A stretch of DNA of 64,000 nt from an uncultured Pelagibacteraceae bacterium (GCA_902590395.1 CACIWQ010000003.1:21173-85172); one strand, 5' to 3'. Shown: positions 39,366 to 49,806, counted from the stretch's first letter. Translations and numbers: made by a program. Notes: generated by a model not told the origin, from the sequence alone.

Positions 39366-40451
39366 ATGAGTATATTTGAAAATTTTTCAGCTTTGTTCGT
39401 TGAGGTTTGGAAAAAGGGTATTCTTGGTGTAGATATTTTTCAAATACTAATTGGTTTAGGAATTTTTTTTATTTTTTTATTATTTAGAGGTTTTATTAGT
39501 AAAATTATTATTCATCGCCTAAAAAAAATAGCAAAAAGAACTACAAATAAACTAGATGATACTTTTGTACAAGCAATGGAAGGTCCAGCAAGATTTTTTC
39601 CAATCGTTGTAGGTTTTTTTATTGCAAGTTATTATTTAGAATTTAGTCCTGAGTCGCAGTCATTTATAGATAATGTAAATAAATCACTTATAACAATTTT
39701 AATTTTTTGGTTAATACATCAATTTATTCAACCTGTTAGTTACCTATTAGGAGGTTTAGAAAAACTTTTAACAAAAGAGTTAATTGGATGGATAGTAAAA
39801 GCTTTTAAAATACTTATTGTTATTTTAGGTGCTGCTGCCGTTCTAGAATTGTGGGGAATAAAAATAGGACCAATAATTGCTGGACTAGGATTATTTGGTG
39901 TTGCGGTAGCATTAGGAGCTCAGGATTTGTTTAAGAATTTAATATCTGGAATTTTAGTATTAGTAGAAAAAAGATTTAAGGTTGGTGACTGGATTATTGT
40001 TGAAGACATTATAGAAGGAATTGTTGAGCGAATTGGTTTTAGATCAACCGTTGTAAGAAAATTTGATAAATCAATAGCGATAATTCCAAACTTTCAATTT
40101 GCAGAAAATGCTGTGATTAATATAAGTGAAACAACCAATTGGATAATAAGTTGGGTTATTACTCTACAATACAACACAACTGTTGAACAACTTAAGAAAA
40201 TTAGAAACGATATAGAAAAATATGTTACCACTCACAAGGATTTTAAGGTTAGTTTAGGTAACGCTGTAAGGGTTGATAAATTTTCTGATAGTTCAATAGA
40301 TATGTACATAAGATGCTTTACAGTTACAGATGATTGGGATGAATGGCTTGCAGTTAAGGAAAGATTGGCAATAGAAATTAAACAAATTGTAGAAAAAAAT
40401 AATGCTTCTTTTGCATTTCCTAGCCAATCCATTTATGTGGAGAAAAAATGA
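39366..40451 (+). CDS. MscS-family mechanosensitive channel
   Basis: GAQDLFKNLISGILVLVEKRFKVGDWI pore-lining/beta-domain signature; 4-5 TM segments. Confidence 0.88.
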   Translation: MSIFENFSALFVEVWKKGILGVDIFQILIGLGIFFIFLLFRGFISKIIIHRLKKIAKRTTNKLDDTFVQAMEGPARFFPIVVGFFIASYYLEFSPESQSFIDNVNKSLITILIFWLIHQFIQPVSYLLGGLEKLLTKELIGWIVKAFKILIVILGAAAVLELWGIKIGPIIAGLGLFGVAVALGAQDLFKNLISGILVLVEKRFKVGDWIIVEDIIEGIVERIGFRSTVVRKFDKSIAIIPNFQFAENAVINISETTNWIISWVITLQYNTTVEQLKKIRNDIEKYVTTHKDFKVSLGNAVRVDKFSDSSIDMYIRCFTVTDDWDEWLAVKERLAIEIKQIVEKNNASFAFPSQSIYVEKK

Positions 40452-40738
40452 AATCAATATTTATTCTATTAGATAGTATTATCACTATTTATTTATGGAT
40501 TATTATTATAAATGCCATTTTAAGTTGGCTAGTTGCATTTAATATCCTTAATACGCAAAATAGATTTGTTTTTGCTGTACTTGATGCAACTTATAAAATG
40601 ACAGACCCTGCTTTGAATAGAATAAGACGTTTTATTCCAACTTTTGGTTCAATAGATGTTTCTCCGGTGGTTTTAATTTTACTTTTAATGTTCCTCAGAA
40701 ATATAATTTTCGAAATTTTTGCACCAGGTTTATTCTAA
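40448..40738 (+). CDS. yggT: YggT family membrane protein
   Basis: 96 aa; LNRIRRFIPTFGSIDVSPVVLILLL motif. Confidence 0.8.
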   Translation: MKSIFILLDSIITIYLWIIIINAILSWLVAFNILNTQNRFVFAVLDATYKMTDPALNRIRRFIPTFGSIDVSPVVLILLLMFLRNIIFEIFAPGLF

Positions 40739-40740
40739 AA

Positions 40741-41586
40741 ATGATTATTGATGGAAAAAAAACAGCAGCAGAGCTGAGAGAAGAATTAAAAAAAAAGATA
40801 AGTCAACTTAAGTCCACATACAATGCTGTTCCTGGATTAACGGTAATTTTAGTTGGAAATGATGTACCAAGTAAAATCTACGTCAAAAATAAAGAAAAAT
40901 TTGCAAAAGAAGTTGGAATGAACTCAGAGGTGATTAGATATCCTGTGGATCTTCAAGAAAATGAATTATTAAATAAAATTAAAGAACTTAATAAAAATGA
41001 TCAAGTTTCAGGCATATTAGTTCAGCTGCCCCTTCCTAAACATATAAACAAAAGAAAAGTTATAGAGACTATAGACTATGGAAAAGATGTTGATGGTTTT
41101 CATCCTATGAATGTTGGAAATTTATCTTCTGGGTATGATAGCAGTATTCCATGTACACCTCTGGGGTGTAGCTTATTACTTAAAAAAGCTGAAAAAAATT
41201 TGAGCGGAAAACATGCAGTAGTAATCGGTCGATCAAACTTAAATGGAAAACCAATGACCCAATTGCTTTTAAAAGAAAATTGCACAGTAACTATAACTCA
41301 TTCAAAAACAAAAGATTTAAAAACAGAATGCCTTAAAGCAGATATAATTATTGCAGCAGTAGGAGTACCTAAATTGGTTAAAGGAGACTGGGTAAAAAAA
41401 GGAGCAATAGTTATTGACGTTGGTATTAATAAAACTGACGCAGGTATAGTTGGAGATGTTGATTTTGATGAAGTTTCTAAAGTTGCCAAAGCAATTACTC
41501 CAGTCCCAGGCGGAGTGGGCCCTATGACTATTGCGTGTTTACTTAGTAATACTGTTGAATGTTTTAAGAAAGCTCATTACAAATAA
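40741..41586 (+). CDS. folD: bifunctional methylenetetrahydrofolate dehydrogenase/cyclohydrolase
   Basis: IIDGKK, GILVQLPLP, VIGRSNLNGKP, PVPGGVGPMT. Confidence 0.96.
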   Translation: MIIDGKKTAAELREELKKKISQLKSTYNAVPGLTVILVGNDVPSKIYVKNKEKFAKEVGMNSEVIRYPVDLQENELLNKIKELNKNDQVSGILVQLPLPKHINKRKVIETIDYGKDVDGFHPMNVGNLSSGYDSSIPCTPLGCSLLLKKAEKNLSGKHAVVIGRSNLNGKPMTQLLLKENCTVTITHSKTKDLKTECLKADIIIAAVGVPKLVKGDWVKKGAIVIDVGINKTDAGIVGDVDFDEVSKVAKAITPVPGGVGPMTIACLLSNTVECFKKAHYK

Positions 41587-41592
41587 TTCATA

Positions 41593-41814
41593 ATGACTTC
41601 AAAAAAAAAATCTCAAAATTTATACATGATAATAATGTCTTTCGGCATGAGCGTTATTATGTGTGCTGTTGTTACGGCGGCTGGCACCGGAATACATGAC
41701 GGATATATAGAAAGATTTTTTAAAGCTTGGATTTTTGCTTTTCCAGTTGCTGTTTTAGCAGCATTTACAATGGCTCCAGTAGCCAAGAAACTAGTAGATA
41801 AAATTACTAAATAA
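41593..41814 (+). CDS. DUF2798-like small membrane protein
   Basis: 73 aa, 2 TM; FFKAWIFAFPVAVLAAF block. Confidence 0.6.
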   Translation: MTSKKKSQNLYMIIMSFGMSVIMCAVVTAAGTGIHDGYIERFFKAWIFAFPVAVLAAFTMAPVAKKLVDKITK

Positions 41815-41816
41815 AA

Positions 41817-43001
41817 TTAACGAAGCTTCCTTTTGTGAAAATTAATAAATTTTTCAACGTTTGATTTATTAAATGTTTTGTTTTCTTCAAAAGATACTTT
41901 TTTCATTGAGTAGGCATTACTTTTAGTTTGTCTTGAGACAATTGTAATATTGCCTTTATACAACTTAAGTTTAACTGATCCATTTACTTTATTTTTTTTA
42001 AGATCCATAATTTTTTGAAGTTTAAACCTTTCTTTTGAATACCAATAACCATTGTAAATAAGTTTTGCGTATTGAGGCATAATCTCATCCTTTTTATGCA
42101 TAGTTTCTTTATCTAATGTTACAGATTCAATTGCTCTATGGGCGATCATTAACAAGGTGCCACCAGGAGTTTCATAAACACCTCTTGATTTAATTCCAAT
42201 GAATCTATTTTCTACTAGGTCAACTCTACCAATACCATTTTTACCAGCAATAATATTTAATTTTTCTAAAAGATTTCCAGGAGATAATTTTTTACCATTA
42301 ATAGTTACCGGATCTCCTTTTTTAAATCCTATGATCACGTAAGAAATTTTATGCGGTGCTTTCTCGGGAGAAATTGTTCTTTGAAAAACAAATTCTGGTG
42401 CGGCATTTTTAGGATTTTCCAAAATTTTTCCTTCAGTTGATGTATGAAATAAATTATCATCCACAGAAAATGGTGGAGCGCCTTTTTTATCTTTAGGTAT
42501 AGGTATCTTATTTTTTTTTGCATATTTAATTAAGTCTGTCCTTGAATTTAATTTCCATATTCTCCATGGTGCAATAATTTTTATTTTTGAACCAAAATAA
42601 TGATATCCAAGTTCAAATCTTATTTGATCATTTCCTTTGCCTGTTGAACCGTGTGATACTGCATAGGCACCAAATTTTTTTGCTATGGCAATCTGTCTTT
42701 TTGCAATTAAAGGCCTTGCTATTGAAGTTCCCAATAGGTAGACACCCTCATAAACTGCATGACCTCTAATCATTGGAAATATATAATCTTTAACAAAGAT
42801 ATCTTTAAGATTTTCAATAATTATTATTTTTACGCCTAATTTTTTTGCATTATTAATAATTTTCTTTTTATTTATTTTTTGTCCAATATCAGCTGTGTAA
42901 GAGATTATCTCGGCGTTATAATTTTCTTGAAGCCATTTAAGTATTATAGAAGTGTCCAAGCCACCAGAGTAGGCAAGAACTATCTTTCTTTCTTTTTTCA
43001 T
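41817..43001 (-). CDS. argG: argininosuccinate synthase
   Basis: VLAYSGGLDTS, SHGSTGKGNDQIRFE, ENRFIGIKSRGVYETPGG. Confidence 0.96.
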   Translation of the reverse strand: MKKERKIVLAYSGGLDTSIILKWLQENYNAEIISYTADIGQKINKKKIINNAKKLGVKIIIIENLKDIFVKDYIFPMIRGHAVYEGVYLLGTSIARPLIAKRQIAIAKKFGAYAVSHGSTGKGNDQIRFELGYHYFGSKIKIIAPWRIWKLNSRTDLIKYAKKNKIPIPKDKKGAPPFSVDDNLFHTSTEGKILENPKNAAPEFVFQRTISPEKAPHKISYVIIGFKKGDPVTINGKKLSPGNLLEKLNIIAGKNGIGRVDLVENRFIGIKSRGVYETPGGTLLMIAHRAIESVTLDKETMHKKDEIMPQYAKLIYNGYWYSKERFKLQKIMDLKKNKVNGSVKLKLYKGNITIVSRQTKSNAYSMKKVSFEENKTFNKSNVEKFINFHKRKLR

Positions 43002-43016
43002 TAAAATGTTTAGTTT

Positions 43017-43523
43017 TTAGCCACAGCTTTTTCTGGCCGTATTGTAAGCTTTTGTAAAACCCATCATAGAATAGTGATCAGTAGTTTGGTCACCTTTTTG
43101 TGTATTACCGATAATCATAAGTCTTGAAGCTTTTTTCATGGTTACAATTAATTTTTTTTCATCTTTGTTATCAACTACCCATGCAAATTTACCCTTTGAA
43201 AATAAATCATAATTTTTTTTCCCTGATTTTGCTGTAACGGGAGCCTTAATTTTAAATTCATATCCATTGGTCACACTAACTTCATTTTTAATATTTTCTG
43301 CAGGTCTAAAACTAACAAATAATCTTGAGGGCTCTCTTTTTAATTTTTTTGGAGCTCTTACAACTGGAATAGATTGGGCGAAACAAATTTTATTCCCATT
43401 TTGAGAAAGAACAAAGCTTTCCCAATCTTTAAATTTTCCAATACTTTTTAAATTTTCTTCTGCGTTTGCAAAATTAAAAATTATAGAGAATAAAATTATA
43501 TATAAAATTTTTTTTAAGGACAT
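43017..43523 (-). CDS. invasion-associated locus B (IalB)-like periplasmic protein
   Basis: Signal peptide, W.....C.A pattern (KDWESFVLSQNGNKICFAQS), size about 170 aa. Confidence 0.6.
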   Translation of the reverse strand: MSLKKILYIILFSIIFNFANAEENLKSIGKFKDWESFVLSQNGNKICFAQSIPVVRAPKKLKREPSRLFVSFRPAENIKNEVSVTNGYEFKIKAPVTAKSGKKNYDLFSKGKFAWVVDNKDEKKLIVTMKKASRLMIIGNTQKGDQTTDHYSMMGFTKAYNTARKSCG

Positions 43524-44563
43524 GGATTTGGATATTTTTTCTGAATTTCTCCTATTTTTTTTATTATTTCTTTATTTAAATTAATATCTACACTATCTAT
43601 ATTTGTTTTCAACTGTTCCAATGTTGTTGCTCCAATTATTACAGAAGTAACAAATGGTTGAATTTCACAAAACTTAATAGCCATTTGAGCAATGTTTAAA
43701 TTAAAATCTTTAGCTAAATTCCAATATTCTTCAATAGCTTTTTCCGAATTAATAGTTCGGTATCTTGGCCAATAATCATAAAATAAACCCATCCTTGAAT
43801 TTTTAGGCATTGCACCATTTCTATATTTTCCAGATAAATATCCTGAGGCTAATGGTGAATATGCTAATAAACCAACTTTTTCTCTTATGGCAATTTCTGA
43901 AAGGCTAACTTCAAATCCCCGGTTTAAAAAATTATATGCATTTTGTATAGAAACAATTCTAGCAAGTTTTTTTTGTTCAGAATATTTTAGATATTGATTA
44001 GTTCCCCATGCTGTCTCATTAGATATTCCGATATATCTTACTTTTCCAGATTTAACTAAATTATTTAAAGCTTCTAAAGTTTCTTCAATACTCACAGAAT
44101 TGTCCGAATTTTTATACTCATATTCCAGTTTGCCTGAAAAGGCTCCGGAGGGTCTATCTGGCCAATGCACTTGATATAAATCTATATAATCAGTTTTTAA
44201 ATCTTTTAAGCTTCTATCAATAGCAAATTCAATTTGTTTTTTATTTAAACATGCTTTTTCGCCATTAGGTCTAAGCCAAGCCATCGAAGAACTTCCCACA
44301 ACTTTATCTGCCAAGATTATTTTTTTTCTATTATTTTTTTTAGAAATCCATTCTCCTATACATTGACTAGTTTTACCTCTGGTTTCAGGTTTCATTGGGA
44401 CAGCATAAAGTTCGGCAGTATCAAAAAAATTTATTCCTTGGTCTGTTGCACAGTCCATTTGCTGAAAAGCGTCTTTTTGAGTATTTTGTTCACCCCAAGT
44501 CATTGTACCGAGACAAATTGTACTCACTTTTAAATTGGTATTTCCTAGTTTTTTAAAATTCAT
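43514..44563 (-). CDS. aldo/keto reductase (Tas-like)
   Basis: LGTMTWG, FFDTAELY, DLYQVHWPD, IGISNE. Confidence 0.88.
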   Translation of the reverse strand: MNFKKLGNTNLKVSTICLGTMTWGEQNTQKDAFQQMDCATDQGINFFDTAELYAVPMKPETRGKTSQCIGEWISKKNNRKKIILADKVVGSSSMAWLRPNGEKACLNKKQIEFAIDRSLKDLKTDYIDLYQVHWPDRPSGAFSGKLEYEYKNSDNSVSIEETLEALNNLVKSGKVRYIGISNETAWGTNQYLKYSEQKKLARIVSIQNAYNFLNRGFEVSLSEIAIREKVGLLAYSPLASGYLSGKYRNGAMPKNSRMGLFYDYWPRYRTINSEKAIEEYWNLAKDFNLNIAQMAIKFCEIQPFVTSVIIGATTLEQLKTNIDSVDINLNKEIIKKIGEIQKKYPNPCP

Positions 44564-44651
44564 GGCTCTAAATAAACTATTTTAAAGTTTTATTAAACTC
44601 TTCTAACATCTTGATAAATGCTTCGTATCACAATATATTTATCTTAATATT

Positions 44652-45407
44652 ATGGAATTTAATAAACAAAATATTCAATCAAAAGCAAGAACTGCTGAGA
44701 CACATGTAATAGACGAAGGTCTTAGAGCATACATGCTTAAAGTTTATAATTATATGGCATCAGGAGTTTTTTTAACTGGTATAATTTCTTTATTACTTTT
44801 TAAGTTGTCCGTTGTTATGGCACCTGATGGATCCATAACTGGGCTAACACCTATTGGCAATGCTTTATATAATTCTGCATTAATGTGGATCGTAATGTTA
44901 GCTCCTTTGGGAGTAGTTTTTTATATGAGTTTTGGTATTAGAAAAATGAGCGCATCAAAAGCTCAAGGAACTTTTTGGGTATTTGCAGCATTAATGGGAG
45001 CTTCTTTATCTTCAATATTTTTAGTTTATACAGGCGCTAGCATAACCAGAGTTTTTTTTATTACAGCAGGAACCTTTGGTGCAATGAGTATTTATGGTTA
45101 TACGACAAAAAGAGATTTAACAAAATTAGGTTCTTTTCTTATGATGGGTTTGATTGGAATTATAATTGCATCAGTAGTAAATATATTTATGAAATCAACC
45201 ATGATGTATTTTGTGATTTCAATACTAGGAGTTTTAATATTTGTAGGATTGACGGCTTACGATACACAAAAAATTAAGAATATGTACTTAGTGAGTGATT
45301 CAGGCGAAGTTTTAGGAAAAAAAGCAGTAATGGGTGCCCTTACACTTTATCTAGACTTTATTAATCTTTTTATAATGCTATTACGATTATTTGGCCAAAG
45401 AAGATAA
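44652..45407 (+). CDS. BAX inhibitor-1/YccA family membrane protein
   Basis: 7 TM; YMLKVYNYMASGV, LTAYDTQKIK, LYLDFINLF. Confidence 0.88.
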   Translation: MEFNKQNIQSKARTAETHVIDEGLRAYMLKVYNYMASGVFLTGIISLLLFKLSVVMAPDGSITGLTPIGNALYNSALMWIVMLAPLGVVFYMSFGIRKMSASKAQGTFWVFAALMGASLSSIFLVYTGASITRVFFITAGTFGAMSIYGYTTKRDLTKLGSFLMMGLIGIIIASVVNIFMKSTMMYFVISILGVLIFVGLTAYDTQKIKNMYLVSDSGEVLGKKAVMGALTLYLDFINLFIMLLRLFGQRR

Positions 45408-45409
45408 GC

Positions 45410-45751
45410 CTAGTTTACCAATTTAAATTTTTTCCAAATTACTTTTTTAATTAGATCTTGTAGATTTTCAGAATTATTTAATATTTTGTTTTGAGAGTCT
45501 TTTATTAGATATTTTTGTTTATAATTTTTTGGTTTTAGATTTTTTGTAATTTTATATACAGGAAATTCAGATGTTCGATGATACACGTTAAAACTCACTT
45601 CTTTTTTTGAAATACTTAATCCATAATCTTTCCATTCGCCACTAGAAACCATTTCTGCATATAAATTTAATATTAATTTAAGTTCTTTTTTGTTAAAAAA
45701 AATATCACTTTTTATATTTTTGTTATTAATAACTAATTTTAAATGTTTCAT
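45410..45751 (-). CDS. DUF2794-like protein
   Basis: ELKLILNLYAEMVSSGEWKDYGLS...VYHRTSEFPVYKI block. ATGA-type overlap with yciB. Confidence 0.55.
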   Translation of the reverse strand: MKHLKLVINNKNIKSDIFFNKKELKLILNLYAEMVSSGEWKDYGLSISKKEVSFNVYHRTSEFPVYKITKNLKPKNYKQKYLIKDSQNKILNNSENLQDLIKKVIWKKFKLVN

Positions 45752-46302
45752 TGTTTTTCTATTTTATATTTGTTTATAAGAGGAAATTGGCTTGCGGCAA
45801 ATAAAAAGCTGATTGGTAACAAACCCCATACTTTGAAATTTACCCAAATAGCTTCTGTCTGAGTTCTCCATACAATTTCGTTAAGTATTGCTACAAAAAC
45901 AAAAAAACCAATCCAACGATAATTTAACTTTTGCCAACCTTCATCTTGGAGATTAAAAGCATTCTGAAAAAATATTTTTAACAAGGGTTTTTTTGTTATA
46001 AATTTACCAAAAAATAAAACTCCGGCAAAAAGTAAATTAATGATCGTGGGCTTCATATAGAAAAATATTTTATTATCAAAGTATAAAGTAAGACCTCCAA
46101 ATAAAGTTATAAGTATTCCGCTTGTTAAAGGAACCATTGGTATTTTTTTTTCTAAAAAATAAACAACAATTAAGGCAATCAAAGTAGCAATTATAAATGG
46201 AACTATAGCTTTTTTTAAATCATTTTCGTTATTGAAATATATTACAAAGAAGATAAGCAGAGGACCGAAATCAGCTATAAATTTAATAATTTGTCTGTGC
46301 AT
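45748..46302 (-). CDS. yciB: intracellular septation protein A (YciB/IspZ)
   Basis: FIADFGPLLIFFVIYF start; 5 TM; 184 aa. Confidence 0.82.
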   Translation of the reverse strand: MHRQIIKFIADFGPLLIFFVIYFNNENDLKKAIVPFIIATLIALIVVYFLEKKIPMVPLTSGILITLFGGLTLYFDNKIFFYMKPTIINLLFAGVLFFGKFITKKPLLKIFFQNAFNLQDEGWQKLNYRWIGFFVFVAILNEIVWRTQTEAIWVNFKVWGLLPISFLFAASQFPLINKYKIEKQ

Positions 46303-46386
46303 AACAAAATATTAACATATGTGGGTAAGTTAGGTATATTTTTTTCTATTGATTTTTTTTTTAATATACTTATCTTTAAGCTATCA

Positions 46387-46707
46387 ATGACGGTTAGAAC
46401 ATCCAAATTTTCAATTGGCGACGTGGTAAAACACAAGCACTTCAACTTTAGGGGTGTTATTTACGATGTAGACTTTGAATTTAATAATTCAGAGGAATGG
46501 TACAAATCTATACCAAAAGATGTGAGACCAAAAAAAGATCAACCCTTTTACCATTTGTTGGCGGAAAACAACGAAATTACTTATGAAGCTTACGTATCAG
46601 AACAAAATTTAATTAATGATGATTCGGATGAACCTATTAAACATCCACTAATAGAAGAAATTTTTACAGGAAAAAAAGGTTCTGGTTATTTTAGACCATC
46701 AAATTAA
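46387..46707 (+). CDS. hspQ: heat-shock protein HspQ (YccV/hemimethylated-DNA-binding domain)
   Basis: MTVRTSKFSIGDVVKHKHFNFRGVIYDVD...PFYHLL. I start at the internal ATG 46387 (106 aa). The track start at 46291 overlaps yciB and adds a non-homologous hydrophobic leader. Confidence 0.8.
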   Translation: MTVRTSKFSIGDVVKHKHFNFRGVIYDVDFEFNNSEEWYKSIPKDVRPKKDQPFYHLLAENNEITYEAYVSEQNLINDDSDEPIKHPLIEEIFTGKKGSGYFRPSN

Positions 46708-46905
46708 TCGTTAAATTTTCTGCCACAAATTAAACAAGATTCTCTCAAAAGTTAGACAAAGTACTAATGCATATAGTACTCAATGCCTGGTTAAGGGAGC
46801 TTTAAATAATCATCATCTCCCTCTTAAGCCTCTTAATTAGGCATACTTTAAGGCCATCCTCTTTAATTATTCATAAATCAGTTTATTTTTGTATCTGAAG
46901 GTTAT

Positions 46906-47436
46906 ATGTTTTCAATTATGAGAAAAATTGCTTCAAAAATTTTTATTTTGCTATTTATTCTAAGCGCGCCATCTTTTACGAGCAACGCAGGCGAAATTTT
47001 GAAAGAAAGAGATACTGAAATAAATATTTTTACTGGCATGTTTGATTTTAGTGATACAAAACAGCGTGCCGGCCTTTTTGGCATGCAACATCAAAATGAC
47101 GAATTATTTAGAAATAGTTTTTTAGGAAAACTATCTCCAATAAGCGGAGGTTTCATAACTGAAAATAATGCAATTTATGTTTATACCGGTGCACAAGCTG
47201 AGTATGATCTTGGTTTTTTAACTATTACGCCTAGTTTTGCACCAGGTTATTACAATTATGGTGATGGAAAAGACTTGGGATACCCTTTAGAATTTAAAAC
47301 TGAAGTTCAAGTTTCTTTCAATTTAAGCGATAGTACACATTTAGGAATGTCTTATAATCATATATCTAATGCCAGCCTGGGCAATAAAAATCCTGGCGCT
47401 AATAGTTATATGTTTAATTTTCTTAAACAATTTTAA
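46906..47436 (+). CDS. PagL-like lipid A 3-O-deacylase / acyloxyacyl hydrolase outer-membrane protein
   Basis: Signal peptide, beta-barrel-like alternation, catalytic-type motif SYNHISNASLG, C-terminal aromatic residue (LKQF). Confidence 0.65.
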   Translation: MFSIMRKIASKIFILLFILSAPSFTSNAGEILKERDTEINIFTGMFDFSDTKQRAGLFGMQHQNDELFRNSFLGKLSPISGGFITENNAIYVYTGAQAEYDLGFLTITPSFAPGYYNYGDGKDLGYPLEFKTEVQVSFNLSDSTHLGMSYNHISNASLGNKNPGANSYMFNFLKQF

Positions 47437-47471
47437 TTTAGTAAAATTTCAGTTAAAAATGCTGTTATAAA

Positions 47472-48626
47472 ATGAATCTCAAAGATTGTCACAACGTTGA
47501 AGATTTTAGAAAACTAGCTAAAAAAAAACTGCCAGCTCCAATTTTTCATTATATTGATGGTGGAGCAGATGATGAAATTACTTTAAAAAAAAATACCGAT
47601 TCTTTTAACAAATGCGATTTAATCCCTAATGTATTAACAGGTGTTAGTGATATTGATTTATCCACAACTGTTTTAGGTCAAAAAATTGATTTTCCACTAT
47701 TTCTATCTGCTACTGCCATGCATCGTCTTTATAATCACGAAGGTGAAAAAGCTACAGCAAAAGCAGCAGAAAAAATGGGCACGATGTTTGGTATATCAAC
47801 CATGTCAACAACAAGTATTGAAGAAATTGGAAAGTTAACTAATGGTCCTAAATTATTTCAACTTTATATTCATAAAGATAAAGGGTTAACCGATAATTTA
47901 ATAGACAGATGTAAGCAATCTGGATTTAAGAGCATGTGTCTAACAGTAGATGCTGTTGTAGCGGGTAACAGAGAAAGAGATCATAGAACTGGTTTTTCTA
48001 CCCCACCTAGATTAACTTTAGGTAGCTTGTTTAGTTTTGCCCTACATCCAAAATGGAGCCTAAATTATTTATTTAGGAAAAAGTTCGAACTATCAAATGT
48101 AATTCATACAACAGATAAAGGAAGTAAAATAGATCAATCGGTTATGAATTATATGAACGAACAATTTCAAACTAAAATAAGTTGGAGTGATGCAGAATAT
48201 TGCGTAAAAAAATGGGGAGGGCCATTCGCTCTCAAAGGAGTTATGTCAGTAGAGGACGCAAAAAAAGCAATTGATATTGGATGCACTGCAATAATAATTT
48301 CAAATCATGGAGGAAGACAACTAGATGGTTCAAGAACACCTTTTGACCAATTGACTGAAATTGTAGACGCGGTTGGAGATAAAATAGAAGTAATTCTTGA
48401 TGGTGGAGTTAGAAGAGGAACACATGTTTTAAAGGCATTAGCTTTAGGAGCCAAGGCTTGTAGTTTTGGAAAAGGATATTTGTATGCTTTGGGAGCGGCT
48501 GGTCAACAAGGTGTTGAAGTATTACTAAAAAAAATGAAAGCAGAAATAAATCGAGACATGATATTAATGGGCTGCAAATCTATTAAAGAATTAAATAGAT
48601 CTAAAGTTGTGATTAAAAAAAATTAA
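47472..48626 (+). CDS. FMN-dependent alpha-hydroxy-acid dehydrogenase/oxidase (LldD / glycolate-oxidase family)
   Basis: HYIDGGADDEITLKKN, SNHGGRQLDGS, DGGVRRGTHVLKALALGA. Confidence 0.88.
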   Translation: MNLKDCHNVEDFRKLAKKKLPAPIFHYIDGGADDEITLKKNTDSFNKCDLIPNVLTGVSDIDLSTTVLGQKIDFPLFLSATAMHRLYNHEGEKATAKAAEKMGTMFGISTMSTTSIEEIGKLTNGPKLFQLYIHKDKGLTDNLIDRCKQSGFKSMCLTVDAVVAGNRERDHRTGFSTPPRLTLGSLFSFALHPKWSLNYLFRKKFELSNVIHTTDKGSKIDQSVMNYMNEQFQTKISWSDAEYCVKKWGGPFALKGVMSVEDAKKAIDIGCTAIIISNHGGRQLDGSRTPFDQLTEIVDAVGDKIEVILDGGVRRGTHVLKALALGAKACSFGKGYLYALGAAGQQGVEVLLKKMKAEINRDMILMGCKSIKELNRSKVVIKKN

Positions 48627-48642
48627 AAATTAAAAATTAAAA

Positions 48643-49806
48643 ATGAAAATTGCAAAAAGTGTTAATAGACTTGGAACAGAGGCCGTCTATAATATATTTG
48701 CAAAAACGAAAAAGTTAATATCAGAAGGAAAAGAAATTATTGATTTAAGTTTGGGACAATCGGACTTTAAATCTCCTCAACATGCGGTAAATGCTGCGAT
48801 CAAAGCATTAAAAGACGGTCATCACGGTTATACTTTACCAAATGGTATAATTGAATGTAGAGAGGCTGTAAGCAGAAAAATAAGTAGTTTATACAAAACT
48901 AATATTAGTCCCGAAAGGATAGTTATTATGCCCGGCGGTAAGCCCACAATGCATTATGCTATTTCTTTTTTTGGAGAAGTAGGTGCTGAAATAATATATC
49001 CAGACCCCGGTTTTCCTATTTATCAATCAATGATTAATTTTACTGGAGCTAAAGCTGTTCCTTATAACATGACAGAAAATAATGATTTTTCAATTAATCC
49101 TGATAAAATTTTGTCACTAATCAATGAAAAAACTCGATTGTTAATTTTAAACAATCCTCATAATCCTACCGGAGGTTTTACAAAAAAAAAAATAATAGAT
49201 AAGCTTGTAAATGGTTTAAAAGATTTTCCTAATTTAGCAATTTTAAGCGATGAAGTTTATGATAGATTAATTTTTTCTAATGAAGAAATTCCAACTTTAC
49301 TAAAATATTCTGAGCTCTACGATAGATTAATAGTTTTAAATGGGTGGAGTAAAACTTATGCAATGACCGGTTGGAGATTAGGATGGAGTGTATGGCCAGA
49401 AAAATTAGTTGAACATGTATTTAAATTTTGCGTAAACAGTCACTCATGCGTCAACACCCCAGCGCAATATGGTGCAATTGCAGCATTAGAGGGTTCTGAA
49501 GATCATTTAAATAATATGATGAAAGAATTTTCAGTAAGAAGAAAACTTATCGTTGACGGTTTGAGAAGTTTAAATGGAGTAGAATGTAGCTCGCCAGGAG
49601 GATCTTTTTTTGTATTCCCCAATGTTAAAGGAACCGGCATGAATGGTGAGGAATTTACGAAAAAATGTTTAGATCAAGCTGGAGTAGCTATGATACCTGG
49701 GACTGCGTTTGGAAAATTTGCCACAGATAATGTCAGATTTAATTTTGCCACTTCAAGAGAAAATATAAGCAAAGCAATAGAAAAAATAGACAAAATACTT
49801 AAATAA
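48643..49806 (+). CDS. class I/II pyridoxal-phosphate aminotransferase
   Basis: LNNPHNPTG and PLP-lysine block NGWSKTYAMTGWRLGW. Substrate not deducible from the sequence. Confidence 0.88.
   Translation: MKIAKSVNRLGTEAVYNIFAKTKKLISEGKEIIDLSLGQSDFKSPQHAVNAAIKALKDGHHGYTLPNGIIECREAVSRKISSLYKTNISPERIVIMPGGKPTMHYAISFFGEVGAEIIYPDPGFPIYQSMINFTGAKAVPYNMTENNDFSINPDKILSLINEKTRLLILNNPHNPTGGFTKKKIIDKLVNGLKDFPNLAILSDEVYDRLIFSNEEIPTLLKYSELYDRLIVLNGWSKTYAMTGWRLGWSVWPEKLVEHVFKFCVNSHSCVNTPAQYGAIAALEGSEDHLNNMMKEFSVRRKLIVDGLRSLNGVECSSPGGSFFVFPNVKGTGMNGEEFTKKCLDQAGVAMIPGTAFGKFATDNVRFNFATSRENISKAIEKIDKILK

Noticed and set aside
46291-46386. 32-codon N-terminal extension of hspQ
   Set aside because: It overlaps the yciB start on the other strand and adds a hydrophobic segment absent from HspQ, which is normally about 105 aa. 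The internal ATG gives the canonical length.
48615-48645. Short tandem AAAATTA-type repeat (x3) between the lldD-like gene and the aminotransferase
   Set aside because: Low-complexity AT spacer of about 20 nt containing the stop and the next start. Too short and simple to be meaningful.
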